In this document: positions 40,801 through 53,548 of the stretch, piece after piece | Layout of the letters: each line of letters opens with the position of its first letter | How positions within the stretch are numbered: position 1 is the first letter of the stretch | NCBI GenBank assembly: GCA_013265495.1 | Contig: MU057651.1 | Location: 1,623,674 to 1,687,673, forward strand | DNA from: Vicugna vicugna | Lineage: Eukaryota | Length of the DNA stretch: 64,000 nucleotides | Direction: 5' to 3' | Made by a program: the position numbers and the translations under genes | Notes under the pieces: model-generated | The model's input: only the letters and a program-made list of their open reading frames with translations | What the model was told of the DNA's origin: nothing | Database searches by the model: none

Positions 40801-42582
40801 TGTCAGCCGGTTAGGTCCTGGCAGTTTGGGGGTCAACTTGCTCGTTGACCTGATGGAGAAGCTTGTAGACAGCTCCCGCGCCTGGAACGTCAACCCCCTG
40901 CTGAGGCTCTCACGTCTGTTTCCTAAAGATGACTTGAGCGCCGTGGTGGACGCGTACCACGGGCTCCCTCACGCCGTGAGGCTCCTGCGGGGAGCAGCGG
41001 ACAAAAACGTCACGGCCGCCCTCAAGGACGTCTACAACTTCACCCTTCTCCACGGCACCTGCATCGCCAACGTCAGCAAGGAAGACTTCGCCGAGGTCAT
41101 CAAAACTCTTTCGGACACGATTGAACTCATCTCAGATAAACCTGAAGTTCTTTCCGAGGCTTTAACGTGTCTCCCTGTGTTTTGGTGCGGGAATCACTCA
41201 GCTTCTGGACTCCGGCAGAACCCCGAGTTCGAAAGCTGTGCTGCCCGCGTGCTCACGTTCCCAGCCTTGTACAGCGGCGTGGCCGGCGTACTTGCCCACC
41301 TGCGTCTGTCTGCCCCAGCGGAGGAGTCACGGTGTTTAAATGAAAGCTCACAGGAGGAAGTAACTCGGAAAGTGGTCTGTGCGATGCATGAATTAATGGA
41401 CTGGAACTCCATTCTTCTAGAGCTGTCTGAAGTCTTCCGTGTTAGAACTCTGCTGGTGAAAAATGTGCAAGACTTTTGGCAAAAGGTGTTGCCATTTGTC
41501 GCGGCTCCTGGAAATCACAGCAGGGGGAGCCTCTCTGAACTTTGTCCCCGTGGGCCCATCAAGCAAGTTGCTTTGCAAATTATAGAAAAATTAAAAAATG
41601 TCAACTTTACAAAAGTCACATCGGATGGCAACCTTCCTGACAAGCTAGCTAGTTTAAACGTTGACGAAGCAGAAGCATCTGCTCGAAATCATACTTTCTT
41701 AAATTTGGAAAGGGTAATGAACTTGCTTTCTGGCGACCAGAGCCTAGGGAACAGTACGAATTCTCTCGTCTCCCCCTTCACGATGTTTCTGAATGCAAAC
41801 CTTACGGGTCGTGCTTTACAACCATTGTCAAGTTTTATTAAAAAAAGTGAGGCTGCTTCTAGCCTTGAAGAACTTGGGCTTGAGTTTGACCGAATCCTGG
41901 AAGATCTCACCCATGACTTGAGTATCGGGCCCCTGTTTTCTGAAGGAAACAAAGAGATGCAAATGGCTCATTCAGCTCTTCTTCAAAACATAACTTTGCA
42001 GCTTGCCCGTTTTTTGGAAAGCCTGGATTCATTGTCCCTGAAGGCGTTGGAAATTGCTGAAGATTTTTTATTGGCTGTTAAAAAGTGGCTTCATGAATTC
42101 ACAAAGGGAGGTTGCTCTAGAATGATACAAACGTTATTTCTCCTTGCGGCCGACGGGAGTTCAGCTGATGATACAGCCTCGTTGACCAAAGACGTTACCG
42201 CCCTTTGGGATTATCTCAGAAACGTGTCTGGGGAAGGTCATTTGAAGGTTGCCTTTCTCCCTCATCTGCTCAACCAAGAACGGCTACCTGATTTCTCAGT
42301 TGTTCGGCTGCTTTTCGAAAGCTTCCTGAGCAATCGGACCGATACCTTAGCAGCCGTGGACGTAAGTGATGTGGGCCTTCGGGTAGTGGATTTCATCGGC
42401 CGCGCCTTGAACCAGACGCCGTCGGAGGATGGCGGGAGGCTCACCGTCCCTCCGAGGAGCATGGTGGATTTCACGGAACGGCTTTTGGAGACATTCTTCT
42501 CATTTTTTCTAAAGGAAAATTCTGGGGACAAAATGGCTCTTCTGCTCAAAGACGTCCACGGAGATACCTCAGCAGAGATGAG
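37846..42582 (+). CDS. ABCA13: ABCA13 giant exon (equivalent to human exon 17), 4737 nt
   Basis: Lies within the 1595-aa ORF 37799-42586. Acceptor tattacag|G and donor ATGAG|gtgagt, phase 2-2. Leu-rich with many N-x-S/T sequons, consistent with the extracellular domain. Confidence 0.95.
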
Positions 42583-43109
42583 GTGAGTCTGCTCTTATAG
42601 GCGCTGTGTGTTACAATCAGCTTCGTTTCCTGGAATATACGAATGCCACTAATCGTGTTGTACAAGCACCTCTGAACCATCTTCGAGGTGAATGTTGGTC
42701 TTAATGAACATCAAGGGTAAATAATTTTGACGATTGTCATCTAACTAGTGAACATGTATATAAACCTGTCCCCTGGCAATTAGTCACTTACTGCAGTTTC
42801 CTGCATTTTTGGATTATGGAGATAATTAAGAAATTCTATTTCATATAGAATTGAGAAATTAGTTATTCTATACGTAGATGCATATATACCATGGACGTAT
42901 TTTGAGTTAATGCATTAACTGTCTAATCACAAATGAAGGGTTTAAATGTTTTCGTTCCAATGAACCTGCTGTGATGTTTACATTTGCAATTGATCAAACT
43001 TTAAAATTTTAAAACTGAAGATTATTTTTTTCCCCCACGTATCTTTATTTTTTAATCCCTTTTGAAGCTTGCCAGTGAGACGGCTGGAGGGAAATTCTGA
43101 TTCTGTGTC

Positions 43110-43420
43110 TGTGTCAGTCAGGGCTCAACCACAGAGGTAGAACCAGAACAAGGGTTTCGTGCAAGGAATTGGCCGCCACCCTTTGGGGGGCTGGCCGAGC
43201 GGGTCTGGAGTCAGTGGGTAGGCGGTCAGGAAGGATGCTGTGTCTAGGTGGGCTTGCTGGGTCAGGAGGCCCTAAACGCTCTCTGAAGACCTTCCAAGTG
43301 GTGAAGCCAGGCTTACCCAGGGCAGTGTCCCATCTCACCAGCTTACAGCTGACTGCTGGGGGCGCAGAGTCTAGTTAAATCTGCAAAACCTCTTCAGAGC
43401 ATCAGTTTAACGTGTCTCAG
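43110..43420 (-). mobile_element. Old ERVL/MaLR LTR remnant
   Basis: tgtgtcagtcagggctcaacc...agaaccag...caaggaattggc...ggtcaggaagg resembles antisense MLT-type LTR ends. Confidence 0.5.
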
Positions 43421-43835
43421 CATTTATGCTGCTCCAGAATAGCCATCCTCCGCTCTCTCGAGGAAATCGCCTGTGTGGCTCGGCCAGACGGGACACGTAC
43501 CAGGAAGGGGTGCCGGGGCTGTCGCTCTACCTGGCCAAGCTAACGCGTCACAGAGCCACCACGATGTCCCTGTGACTCGCTAGGACGCTGACCGTCCAGA
43601 AAGATGTTGCCTTTTACACTGACGATCACCTTATCCTCATTTTATGCTCCTTTCTTTTCTAGAAACAAAAGTACACAGCTTTTTATGGGTGTTAGATTTG
43701 AGGCGTTGTAATGGAATTATCCATGAAATTCATCCACTGTTTTCATTCTTTGGCAACAAAATATTAATTTTCGTTTGGGAAGTATCAATTTTATTCTCCC
43801 ATCTTGCTACTAGAAAGCAAAAAAAAAAAAAAGCA

Positions 43836-44045
43836 CAGTTGATCTTTGAACAACTGCATGGACCGACCCACTTATCTGTGGATTTTCCCCGTTTATACGC
43901 ACTACAGCACCACCTGGTCCATGGTGGGTTGAACCCATGAGTACAGAAGTGTAGACACGGAGGACTGGCTGCAAAGTTACACTGAAATTTTCATCTGCGC
44001 AGAGGGTCTGTGCCTGTAACCTTTGGGTTGTTCAAAGGTCAACTG
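43836..44045. mobile_element. Tigger-family MITE (MER8/Tigger2-like)
   Basis: 19-bp terminal inverted repeats cagttgatctttgaacaac (43836-43854) and gttgttcaaaggtcaactg (44027-44045), 18 of 19 complementary. Confidence 0.85.
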
Positions 44046-44107
44046 TGTATGTTTTAAATCTTTCCACTGCTAACCATGAAATTAAAAAAATATATGTATA
44101 TTTACAG

Positions 44108-45913
44108 TTTTGTCCTAAAGGATAAAATCCTAGACATTTTGAAAGCAGATCAATTTCTTACCTCCGTGAAAGAAGACAGATTGAGGAACATTTTTTCAAC
44201 TTTAAAGGAGACTCTGCACCATTTAGTCAAACACTCATTTACAGTAGACGGTGGAGGATTCTATGTGGATAATGATCAAGGATGGATGTTTATGAGAGAT
44301 TTATTTACCCGTCGTCTCACGGAAACCTTCTCACTGAAAAACAAGACAGATAACGACTTGGGGTTTCTTACGGCGGTGGTGAAGCACTTGTTTTCGGAGA
44401 AGAACGGTTCCGAGGACCTTGTCAAACTCAATCGAGATCTGAGGGCAGCTCTTCGCCTCGTGAGAGAAGCTTCAGCCGGGATGGCAGGTCTCCTGGACAC
44501 GCTCTCGAACTCCCCTGTTAAGGACTTCCTTGGCGCATACCCTGCCCTCCAAGAAGTCATACTTGCCAATTTAACCGACTTGCTTTCCTTGGCAAATAAC
44601 TCATTCCTTCTAAGAAACAGAGCAACGCTGGAAATTACTGAGAGGTTGCTAGGTGTGGTCGCAAGAGCTGGTGGGCACGGTCAGGTCCTGGAGCCCCTCC
44701 TGGAAATGTCTGATGCTCTGATCACGCTGGTGCGGGACGGTGCTGCTTTGAGACGTCTAGCCACGTCCGTGAACTCCACCGTGGGACTTCTCAACCTGGC
44801 CAAGGGCGTTTCAAGGAGGATGGCCTCTCTGGTTGCAGCTCATTTCAGCGCCAGCGCCAATGACACCATGAAAATCTTGGACACTCTTTATTCCGTTTTG
44901 CAACAAAGTGTTCGAAATGTCGTGAATGAAACAGCTACAGTGAAAAAAGGAGATCAGTTACTGTTTGAAAAGATAGATGACTTGTTGACACCATTTCTTG
45001 ACTTGGCTTTTGGGATGATTGGAGTCAAACCTAGTAGTTCACAGGACTCTGATATTTTCAACATATCAGCTCACGTATTCGCTTACGTGAACCAGTCCAA
45101 AGAGTTTTATGATCTTTCGGAAGAGATAGCTGGGTTTCTAAGTTCTGTGAACATCGATGCGGGAGACGTGGAACATCTCGTGGTAGCATTTAACAATGAG
45201 ACCGAAGGGTTTCCCGTGGATTCTGTCAGCTTGTGGGAAGAAATCCTGGCTTGCTTAATTCCTATAAATAACATCGCCAACCAGATAGAGTTTTTATTGT
45301 CGAATCCAAGTTCCACTCGTGATGGCCCTCAAGACACAGCGTGGGGAAGACTTCATGATGTGGTCCTGTTTCTGCGTGAAATGCTCTCACAAAACAGCAC
45401 AGAAATAGAGGCTTACTGGAGACAGGGGATTGGTCACATCTTAGAAGCTCGTTGGAACGACTTGGGGGAGGATGTCCGGAAGGTGTTTGATCTGTTGCCG
45501 TCATCGGCTCAGCATCCAGACGAGCTTTGGAAAGCCATAAAAACCGCGGCGGGGGTCCCCGGCGGGCTCACAAGGGACTACTCGCGTGGTGCGAGTGAAG
45601 CTTTGCTTTTCAGCACCTCTGTGATTCAGAATGTCACTCGTCAACAGCTCGGAGAGGCGCTCGCGACAGTGTTGGGTGCGATGGCTCTCCCTCACTGGGC
45701 ACGTTCCCCGGGAGCCTGGCTTCAGCCCGTTGCTGAGATTTTCATTAACGCCACCACTGGAAAGAACATCACGTCAGGAGCAGAAGAGACGCCAGAGACG
45801 GGGCAGGCTGATTCCCCTTCCCCTCTCACACCGGTACCACGTTGCGAGAAGTTCCTGAAGGGCTTAATTGCATGGATTGAATACTGGCAGGAGGTCTCAC
45901 TGTCAGATCAAAG
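44108..45913 (+). CDS. ABCA13: ABCA13 second large exon (equivalent to human exon 18), 1806 nt
   Basis: Lies within the 613-aa ORF 44076-45917. Acceptor tttacag|T and donor CAAAG|gtaaga, phase 2-2. Translates (S)FVLKDKILDILK...WQEVSLSDQ. Confidence 0.95.
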
Positions 45914-46107
45914 GTAAGAAAGCCCCTAAATTCTCTTCATCTTCCCCCCGCTGCAGTAACCGCAAAATAGAGCCACGCAGGAGCTGCACTGAACCAGGGT
46001 GGGCGGTCCTTCTGGACTTATACGTACATCACAGTCTGGAGTTGGCTTCCCCGGGGAATGGCTCAAGTCCAGCCTCTTTGCTGTTTGGTTCATTATTTGG
46101 CACTTGG

Positions 46108-46430
46108 TGGGAAGGGGTTAGATTTGGGAGTTTGAGATTGTGAATGTTAATATATATATGTAAAAACAGTATATACGTTAGTTTAAATATAAAACTATAC
46201 ATAAAACAGTATATAGTTATAAATGTTAGTGTGTGTATATATAAACGATATATAAAAACAGATAAAAAACCCAAATGTCTTCTGTGTAGCACAGGGAACT
46301 ATATTCAATATCTTGTAATAACCTTTAATGAAAAAGAGTATGAAAATGAATGTATGTGTGTATGTGCATGGCGGGGACATGGTGCTGTGCACCAGAAATG
46401 GGCACACTGTATCTGAATATATTTCAGTTT
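46108..46430 (+). mobile_element. L1 3'-end fragment with AT-rich insert
   Basis: gggagtttgagatt...gtagcacagggaactatattcaatatcttgtaataacctttaatgaaaaagagtatgaaaatgaa...gctgtgcaccagaaat. Confidence 0.8.
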
Positions 46431-47061
46431 TAAGCAAAAAAGAGTGAATAGAAGTGAGGAGGAAGGAAAAAAGTACTATATGAATTTATTCTAGGTTTTT
46501 CCAAAGTGAATTCTCTTTTCGAAAGTAAAATCCTCTTATTCGATTCACGGGGCCCAAGGCCTGGGAGATACACAGGTGCTTCTGGCCACGTGCCCCTGCA
46601 GCCCAGGGTCCTGCCGTGTGACACGCAGATAGAAGGTGGAGCTGGGGCGGGACCTGGAGAAAAACAGTATTCCATGGTTTATAAATAAAACACCCAAAGT
46701 TTAAAAACGATGGAAAGAAAGAAACCTGTTCTTGAAAGGCCCAGTGCTGGCGGTTCTCCATGGAGGGGGTTTGCACTGTGCCCTGAGACTGGAAGCTACT
46801 GGGCTGGGAGCTGGCCACCCCAGCTTTTAAATTCACACGGCTTGGCTCCCAGTTTCATTCTACTCGGGTGATACCTCGCTTGCACCCTTCCTCCCGTTTC
46901 ACTCTCCTCTGATCGTGGACTTCCTGAGTGAGTTCACAAGGTGCCTCAAACAGAAGCCCCCGCTGGTTGTGGGTTTAAGGCTCGACTGGCCTGACTCTGA
47001 TGTGAGTCTTGGCTCTGATGTTCAGTAGCTTTCTGAATCTAGGCAAGTCCTGTCAGCTTTC

Positions 47062-47232
47062 TTTCTTTTTTTTTTAAATGACGTCACTTTATTTTTATTT
47101 TATTTTAGTTTTTGCTGAGGGGGGAGGAAATTAGGTTTCTTTATTTTTTAATGGAGGTACCGGGGGTTGAACCCAGGACCTGGTGCCTGCTAGGCACACC
47201 CCCTACCACTAAGCTTCACCCTCGCCACCCCC
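47062..47232 (-). mobile_element. tRNA-derived SINE, inserted into a MIR-like remnant
   Basis: gggttgaacccaggacctggtgcctgctaggc. Flanking repeat agctttc. Surrounding sequence (ggcaagtcctgtc...tgtaaagcagggataacagtgatacct) is MIR-like. Confidence 0.8.
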
Positions 47233-48370
47233 TTTAAGCTTTCGGAACCTCCCTTTATGTGTAAAGCAGGGATAACAGTGATACCTTTCTGGGGTGTGGT
47301 AAGGGTTCTACAATAAAATAAATTTCAGAGATGTGAGTTTAACCCATGAAACATATTAGTAATAAAACAACAACCACGGACATCTAGGCAAAAAAATTAG
47401 CTTAAAATAAACTAATAAGAACCATCACAAAACCCCTAAAAAGGTGGAAAGTTCCATTAACATCCTGAAGATTCACCACGAGGTTCCTGGAGCTCGGACG
47501 CCCTGATGGCAGAGGTCGGGTGTCTAGAGCACATCTGGGCAGAATTCATTTTTCCTGCCTCCTGCTTCGGTGCCTACAGTTGTGCAGGGAAGGGAGGCTT
47601 GATCACGCCAGACCTGAATCCGCTGTGTTCTGTCCCAGAGAGCCCTCTGGCCCCTTGTCCCCTCCCCGCTGTGGGGCCTCGTTCAGCAGCCCTCTCTTTC
47701 GTGAGCATCCCCGTTGACTGCTCATGCCCCATCTGTGTTACTCCCGGTTAGAATCAAATTCCATTTCCGAGGGAACCTGCTTCTGAGCTGTTTGCATCCC
47801 TTAATCGATTAGAGGGAAAAGGCAGGCACCTCCACCTACCTGCTCTTCCCTCGTGTCTGAAGCCTTCCCAGTGCCGTGTGGGATAAGCAGAGCACGGCGT
47901 CCACCTGAGGGGGTCGGGGGACACGTGTATCCCCTTTGCTCCACAGTGTGAGGTCGGGGGACCAGCAGCCTCAGCTGAGAGCTGGTCAGAAATGCAGGTT
48001 CCAGCCTGTCCCCCCCCCGGCCCAGCCCAAGCCTGCGGTGGGCCCCCAGACCGTCCACAGGATGCATTAGTTTGTGCAGTGCTCCCCTGGACCACGCTCC
48101 CCACACTGGCGGTCAGCAGACCAGGACCTGGGACAGCTCAGCGCCTTCCTCTGCTGAGCGAGGCTGGCAGTGGCCGCTGGTGACCCCACACCGACTCTGT
48201 CAAATAAGCACTCTTCTGCTTCCATGTCCACGGTCACTTTGGCATAAGGGATTTGTGACAATTAAAACCCTGCAGTTTACGCAAAATACATGTTACCTGC
48301 GTGAGTGCTGGGCTTTGTGGGGTCCACTTGGGTGACGTGGAGAATGAGCCTCCAGACCAGCTTTTAATAA

Positions 48371-49021
48371 AACACGCATGCACATGTGCAAACACACACG
48401 CATGCAGACATAAGCACACATGCATGCGTGCACACACATGTGCACACATGCACAGTGCAAACACATGCAGATGCATGCACACATGTAAACAATATGCGCA
48501 CACATGCAAGGACACAACATGCACACGTATGTGTACACACACTTGCAAACACGCATGCAGAGACACATGCACACATGTAAATGCATGCGCACACATGCAC
48601 ACGCAGATGCACGCACACATGTAAACACAATGTGCGCACACATGCAAGGGCACAACATGCACATGTATGTGTACACACACTTGCAAACACGCATGCAGAG
48701 ACACATGCACACATGTAAATGCATGCACGCACACATACATGTACACACGCACACGTGCACAGCCATAAGCACACATGCACACATGTAAATGCACGCACGC
48801 ACACGCAAATGCACGCACAGTTGTAAACACAATACATGCACACATAAGCATACAACGTGCATACACACACATATTTAAACACATAAACCCACCCACACAT
48901 GTAAACACACATGCAAACACATAATACATGCACACAACACACGCGCACATGTAAACACACATGCACACACGTAAACACACAGACACACATGTGCATACAG
49001 GTAAACACACATGCACATGCG
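48371..49021. repeat. Compound (CA/CATG)-rich simple repeat, about 650 bp
   Basis: Units gcacacat, gcacacatgtaaacac and gcatgc. Internal higher-order duplication with an offset of about 138 bp (about 48491 and 48629). Confidence 0.92.
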
Positions 49022-49330
49022 GCTTCCTCACCTTGACTTCCGTCTTGCTTTCCCTCTTGATGCCCTTCCATCCTGGACCTTTGCATTTCAAGAGGCTGGA
49101 CCATGACCACAAGAGAGAGCACTTCTCAGGTTCACGAGCAACACAATGCTCTGAATTGAAACGGGGGACCCGCCGCTCTCCAGTCCGTGTCTCCTGTGAT
49201 TTTCATGGAGTAGACGGCTGGGCAGGGAGACGGTTCCTTCACATGTGTTACGACTTTTCCTTGCACAGAGAAGTGGTGCTCCCAGTTGCAGACTTTCCCC
49301 TTTAATGAGGTTGTCTGTTTCTTCCCTAAG

Positions 49331-49440
49331 TGTTGCTGAACTGTGTCGGGCTTTGCAGCAGCCTGTGGAGCCCCTGGAAGCTACGGCGGCCCTGCGGAGA
49401 GCGGGGATGCTGGCCCTGCGCGCGCTGGTCCTCCTTGCAG
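49331..49440 (+). CDS. ABCA13: ABCA13 exon 19-equivalent (110 nt)
   Basis: Acceptor ttccctaag|T and donor GCAG|gtgggt. Translates (S)VAELCRALQQPVEPLEATAALRRAGMLALRALVLLA. Confidence 0.87.
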
Positions 49441-50836
49441 GTGGGTGCGTCCGCGCGCGGGTGCCCGGGGCCCGCGTCCGGAGCTTGGCTGTCTGCACCA
49501 TGGCTCGTGAGCTGCTCTTGGACTAAAGCGCGGCCTTCCTGCCTGATACCCGAGGGCCCTGAGGGCCTGGTCCACCCCTCCTCCCCAGCCCCACCATGGA
49601 GATGCTTTTCCAGCTGAGGGCATCCACCCCTTCCCCTGCCCCTGAGCTTGGCTTCTGGTCCCTGCGTCTTTGCTCGTGGAATGTGCCCCCTGTCCTTCTG
49701 AGCTGCCCTGTGGCTGGAGAAGGCACGCCCTCGTCTCCTGGGTGGGCAGTGACCTGGGCAGACAGGATCAGTGCTCTGATCTCATACGTCCGCCTCCTCT
49801 AACGGAGTCACTGTTCCTTGGAGGCTGCGGCCACGTGGTCGCCTTCTGTGCACATCCACGCGGTGACCTGAATTCCCAGAATCCTTTCTCTGAACTCCCG
49901 GCATTTTTACTTATATTTGAGTTTCCTGGTAGCTGCTTCTGCAGCCGTTTGCAACTTCACGGAGAGCAGGATCTGCTCCTTGTTCGGTTCCGTCTCCGTT
50001 ATACTCAGCTTAGTGTGTCCCCGGGGGTAATTCATACTCAATTGTGAATGAATGAATTTGTCTCCTGAGATCCGACCTGCCAGATCCGTTGCTACAGATT
50101 TGAGTGAAACTTCCTCTCGAGGCCGTTGTTGGAGGAATGGACCGTGAGCTGCCCTCTGGGCTGGCTGGGTGCCTTTGATGACTTTCTCTGAGATGCACAC
50201 ATGAGGTCTCAGAGCCCCTCCGCGTCCACAGACAGGACCAGGGCTGCTTACGTAGCTTCGCACCCGCTCCCAGGCTGCTGGTTTTTGTGGCTTGGCCACC
50301 TGCACGAGGCTGCAGCCACCCTGTTGGTGCTGCCAGGGACGGGGTCCTTGCAAACACTGACGGCAGTGGGTGTGGGCTGATGGGTGTGAGCCCGGGGCAG
50401 GAGGGGCAGGGAGGAGAAATGGGTCTGATCACACTAAGAGCAGAAGAGGGGGCCAGGGGCCAGCTGAGGGGCCTTGAGCGCTGGTGGATCCCGCCAGCCT
50501 CAAATCAACTGTGTGCGTAATTCCGCCTTCATACTGAGTGACGGGGGACACTACCCGTCCCTACTCCCGGCCAGCAGGAGAAAGCCGAGACTGTCCTGGG
50601 CCAACTGGGGCCACCAGGTAGCCTGCCTCGGGGGACAGGAGAAGGGCCCGTGTGGGGAGGTGGGGGGAGGCGCTCACTGCCCTGCATTCAGTGGGGCCCA
50701 GAGAAAACCAGGTCTTCACTTGGTTACATTTGAGTCCCTGAAGGTACAGCCTCCCCCTCGTACTCTGAACCTTCATCTTGATGATTTAAGAAATCTTTGC
50801 GAATCTGTACCGTTTTGAATGTTCAAAAAGTGATTT

Positions 50837-51062
50837 CGAGATTTGCAGATACACACTGCTGCATATAAAATAGATAAACAACAAGGGTCTAAGGTGCAGC
50901 ACAGGGAACTCTATTCAATACCTCGTAATGACCTATACTGAGAAAGAACTTGAAAAGGAATATACGCATGTGCATGTATGACTGAAGCGCTGTGCTGTGC
51001 ACCAGAAATCAACACAGCGTTGTGAACTGACTAGACTTTGATAAAAACATATAAATGCAAAA
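50837..51062 (+). mobile_element. L1 3'-end fragment (second copy at about 53126-53351)
   Basis: cgagatttgcagatac...aaatagataaacaacaag...agcacagggaactctattcaatacc...gctgtgcaccagaaatcaacaca...gactagact. Confidence 0.82.
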
Positions 51063-51140
51063 AATACGATTTCATGCAAGTGGCTAGCTGGGGAGCGGAC
51101 AGTTTCCTGATGGCTTCTCTCTGTGTGTTTCCCCCGGCAG

Positions 51141-51259
51141 AAAACCCTTCCTGGACCGAGGACGTCCTCTGTGTCCCTCTGAGTGATGAGCAGGGCTGGA
51201 TAAGGCGCCTCGCTTTATCTGTTCTCCGAGGGGTCGCTCTGGTGCAGGACCACCTCCAG
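51141..51259 (+). CDS. ABCA13: ABCA13 exon 20-equivalent (119 nt), copy 1
   Basis: Acceptor ccggcag|AA and donor CCAG|gtgtgt. Translates (E)NPSWTEDVLCVPLSDEQGWIRRLALSVLRGVALVQDHLQ. Confidence 0.85.
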
Positions 51260-52067
51260 GTGTGTTGGCTTTGCTGTGCCCGAGGCTGGCCTGTCCATGA
51301 CGACTGGCCCACGCTAGGCAGCCCCGTCATACTGCGCTTGCTGGCTCGGTCCCCAGAAGCGAGGTGACGGCAGTGCGCGGTCACGGGGGCGGTCGGGGCG
51401 GCAGAGCGCGTGTTGACACGTCCCCCGTGGCTTCTCCGGTGGCCGGTGCCGACTCCTGTGCGCCGGCTGCTACGCTGTCAGGAAGTTTGCACGCTGGTTC
51501 TTACACGTAGACGTCATTGATGGTTACATTCTGTAGACGTGATAAAAAGTTAAACTCAAACGTACTGGATACACGGATTCATCGCTTCCTAGTCCCTTTC
51601 GTGTGTTTTGCTGATGTCTGTTCTCCTGAGATCGTTTATAGCTCTTGCGTCTAGACGGTGGGACACCACGTGCCTCTCTCTTCTCAAGTCTGTGCTGGGG
51701 TGTCATGTCGGCTGCTTGGACTGGTTCCACGGTGGGAGCACTCACACCGAGAAGGCAGCCTGTGTGACAGACGGGGTCTGTGTTTCTTCAAAGAGCCGTC
51801 ATTGCCCATTTACTGGCCCCGCGCGGGGTGTGACCGGCAGCGCACTGGCAAGTTCCAGGGGCTCAGAGCTGACGGGAACCGGCGTGGACGTCCTCTTTGC
51901 CTTCCCTGGGGCTTTTATCCGGGGCCGACGCCACTGCCTCGACGTTAACGAGCTCTGGGCCCATGGGCATCACCCCTGAGCTGCTGGGGAAGCCTGCACG
52001 ATGGAGTTTTTTTTTTTTTAATGCAACTGATACCAATTTTTTTTTTAATTTAAAAATCTTTTTGGGG

Positions 52068-52223
52068 NNNNNNNNNNNNNNNNNNNNNNNNNNNNNNNNN
52101 NNNNNNNNNNNNNNNNNNNNNNNNNNNNNNNNNNNNNNNNNNNNNNNNNNNNNNNNNNNNNNNNNNNNNNNNNNNNNNNNNNNNNNNNNNNNNNNNNNNN
52201 NNNNNNNNNNNNNNNNNNNNNNN
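52068..52223. other. Assembly gap (156 N)
   Basis: Run of N characters. Confidence 0.99.
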
Positions 52224-53429
52224 GCTTCTGCAGCCGTTTGCAACTTCACGGAGAGCAGGATCTGCTCCTTGTTCGGTTCCGTCTCCGTTATACTCAGCTT
52301 AGTGTGTCCCCGGGGGTAATTCATACTCAATTGTGAATGAATGAATTTGTCTCCTGAGATCCGACCTGCCAGATCCGTTGCTACAGATTTGAGTGAAACT
52401 TCCTCTCGAGGCCGTTGTTGGAGGAATGGACCGTGAGCTGCCCTCTGGGCTGGCTGGGTGCCTTTGATGACTTTCTCTGAGATGCACACATGAGGTCTCA
52501 GAGCCCCTCCGCGTCCACAGACAGGACCAGGGCTGCTTACGTAGCTTCGCACCCGCTCCCAGGCTGCTGGTTTTTGTGGCTTGGCCACCTGCACGAGGCT
52601 GCAGCCACCCTGTTGGTGCTGCCAGGGACGGGGTCCTTGCAAACACTGACGGCAGTGGGTGTGGGCTGATGGGTGTGAGCCCGGGGCAGGAGGGGCAGGG
52701 AGGAGAAATGGGTCTGATCACACTAAGAGCAGAAGAGGGGGCCAGGGGCCAGCTGAGGGGCCTTGAGCGCTGGTGGATCCCGCCAGCCTCAAATCAACTG
52801 TGTGCGTAATTCCGCCTTCATACTGAGTGACGGGGGACACTACCCGTCCCTACTCCCGGCCAGCAGGAGAAAGCCGAGACTGTCCTGGGCCAACTGGGGC
52901 CACCAGGTAGCCTGCCTCGGGGGACAGGAGAAGGGCCCGTGTGGGGAGGTGGGGGGAGGCGCTCACTGCCCTGCATTCAGTGGGGCCCAGAGAAAACCAG
53001 GTCTTCACTTGGTTACATTTGAGTCCCTGAAGGTACAGCCTCCCCCTCATACTCTGAACCTTCATCTTGATAATTTAAGAAATCTTTGCGAATCTGTACC
53101 GTTTTGAGTGTTCAAAAAATGATTTCGAGATTTGCAGATACACACTGCTGCATATAAAACAGATAAACAACAAGGGTCTACGGTGCAGCACAGGGAACTC
53201 TATTCAATACCTCGTAATGACCTATACTGAGAAAGAACTTGAAAAGGAATATACGCATGTGCATGTATGACTGAAGCGCTGTGCTGTGCACCAGAAATCA
53301 ACACAGCGTTGTGAACTGACTAGACTTTGATAAAAACATATAAATGCAAAAAATACGATTTCATGCAAGTGGCTAGCTGGGGAGCGGACAGTTTCCTGAT
53401 GGCTTCTCTCTGTGTGTTTCCCCCGGCAG

Positions 53430-53548
53430 AAAACCCTTCCTGGACCGAGGACGTCCTCTGTGTCCCTCTGAGTGATGAGCAGGGCTGGATAAGGCGCCTC
53501 GCTTTATCTGTTCTCCGAGGGGTCGCTCTGGTGCAGGACCACCTCCAG
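53430..53548 (+). CDS. ABCA13: ABCA13 exon 20-equivalent, copy 2 (within probable false duplication)
   Basis: Same sequence as 51141-51259 at an offset of 2289 bp, on the other side of the N gap. Confidence 0.6.

Noticed and set aside
37799..42586. 1595-aa ORF as a stand-alone novel gene
   Set aside because: It is bounded by in-phase splice sites and is the giant internal exon of ABCA13. The 613-aa ORF at 44076-45917 is likewise an internal exon.
48234..49122. Long Cys/Val/Met/His-rich ORFs of 190-290 aa
   Set aside because: They are translations of the CA/TG simple repeat, open in several frames because the repeat lacks stop codons.
53430..53548. True tandem or mutually exclusive exon 20 pair
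   Set aside because: The duplication boundaries coincide exactly with an assembly gap and the divergence is at allelic level.
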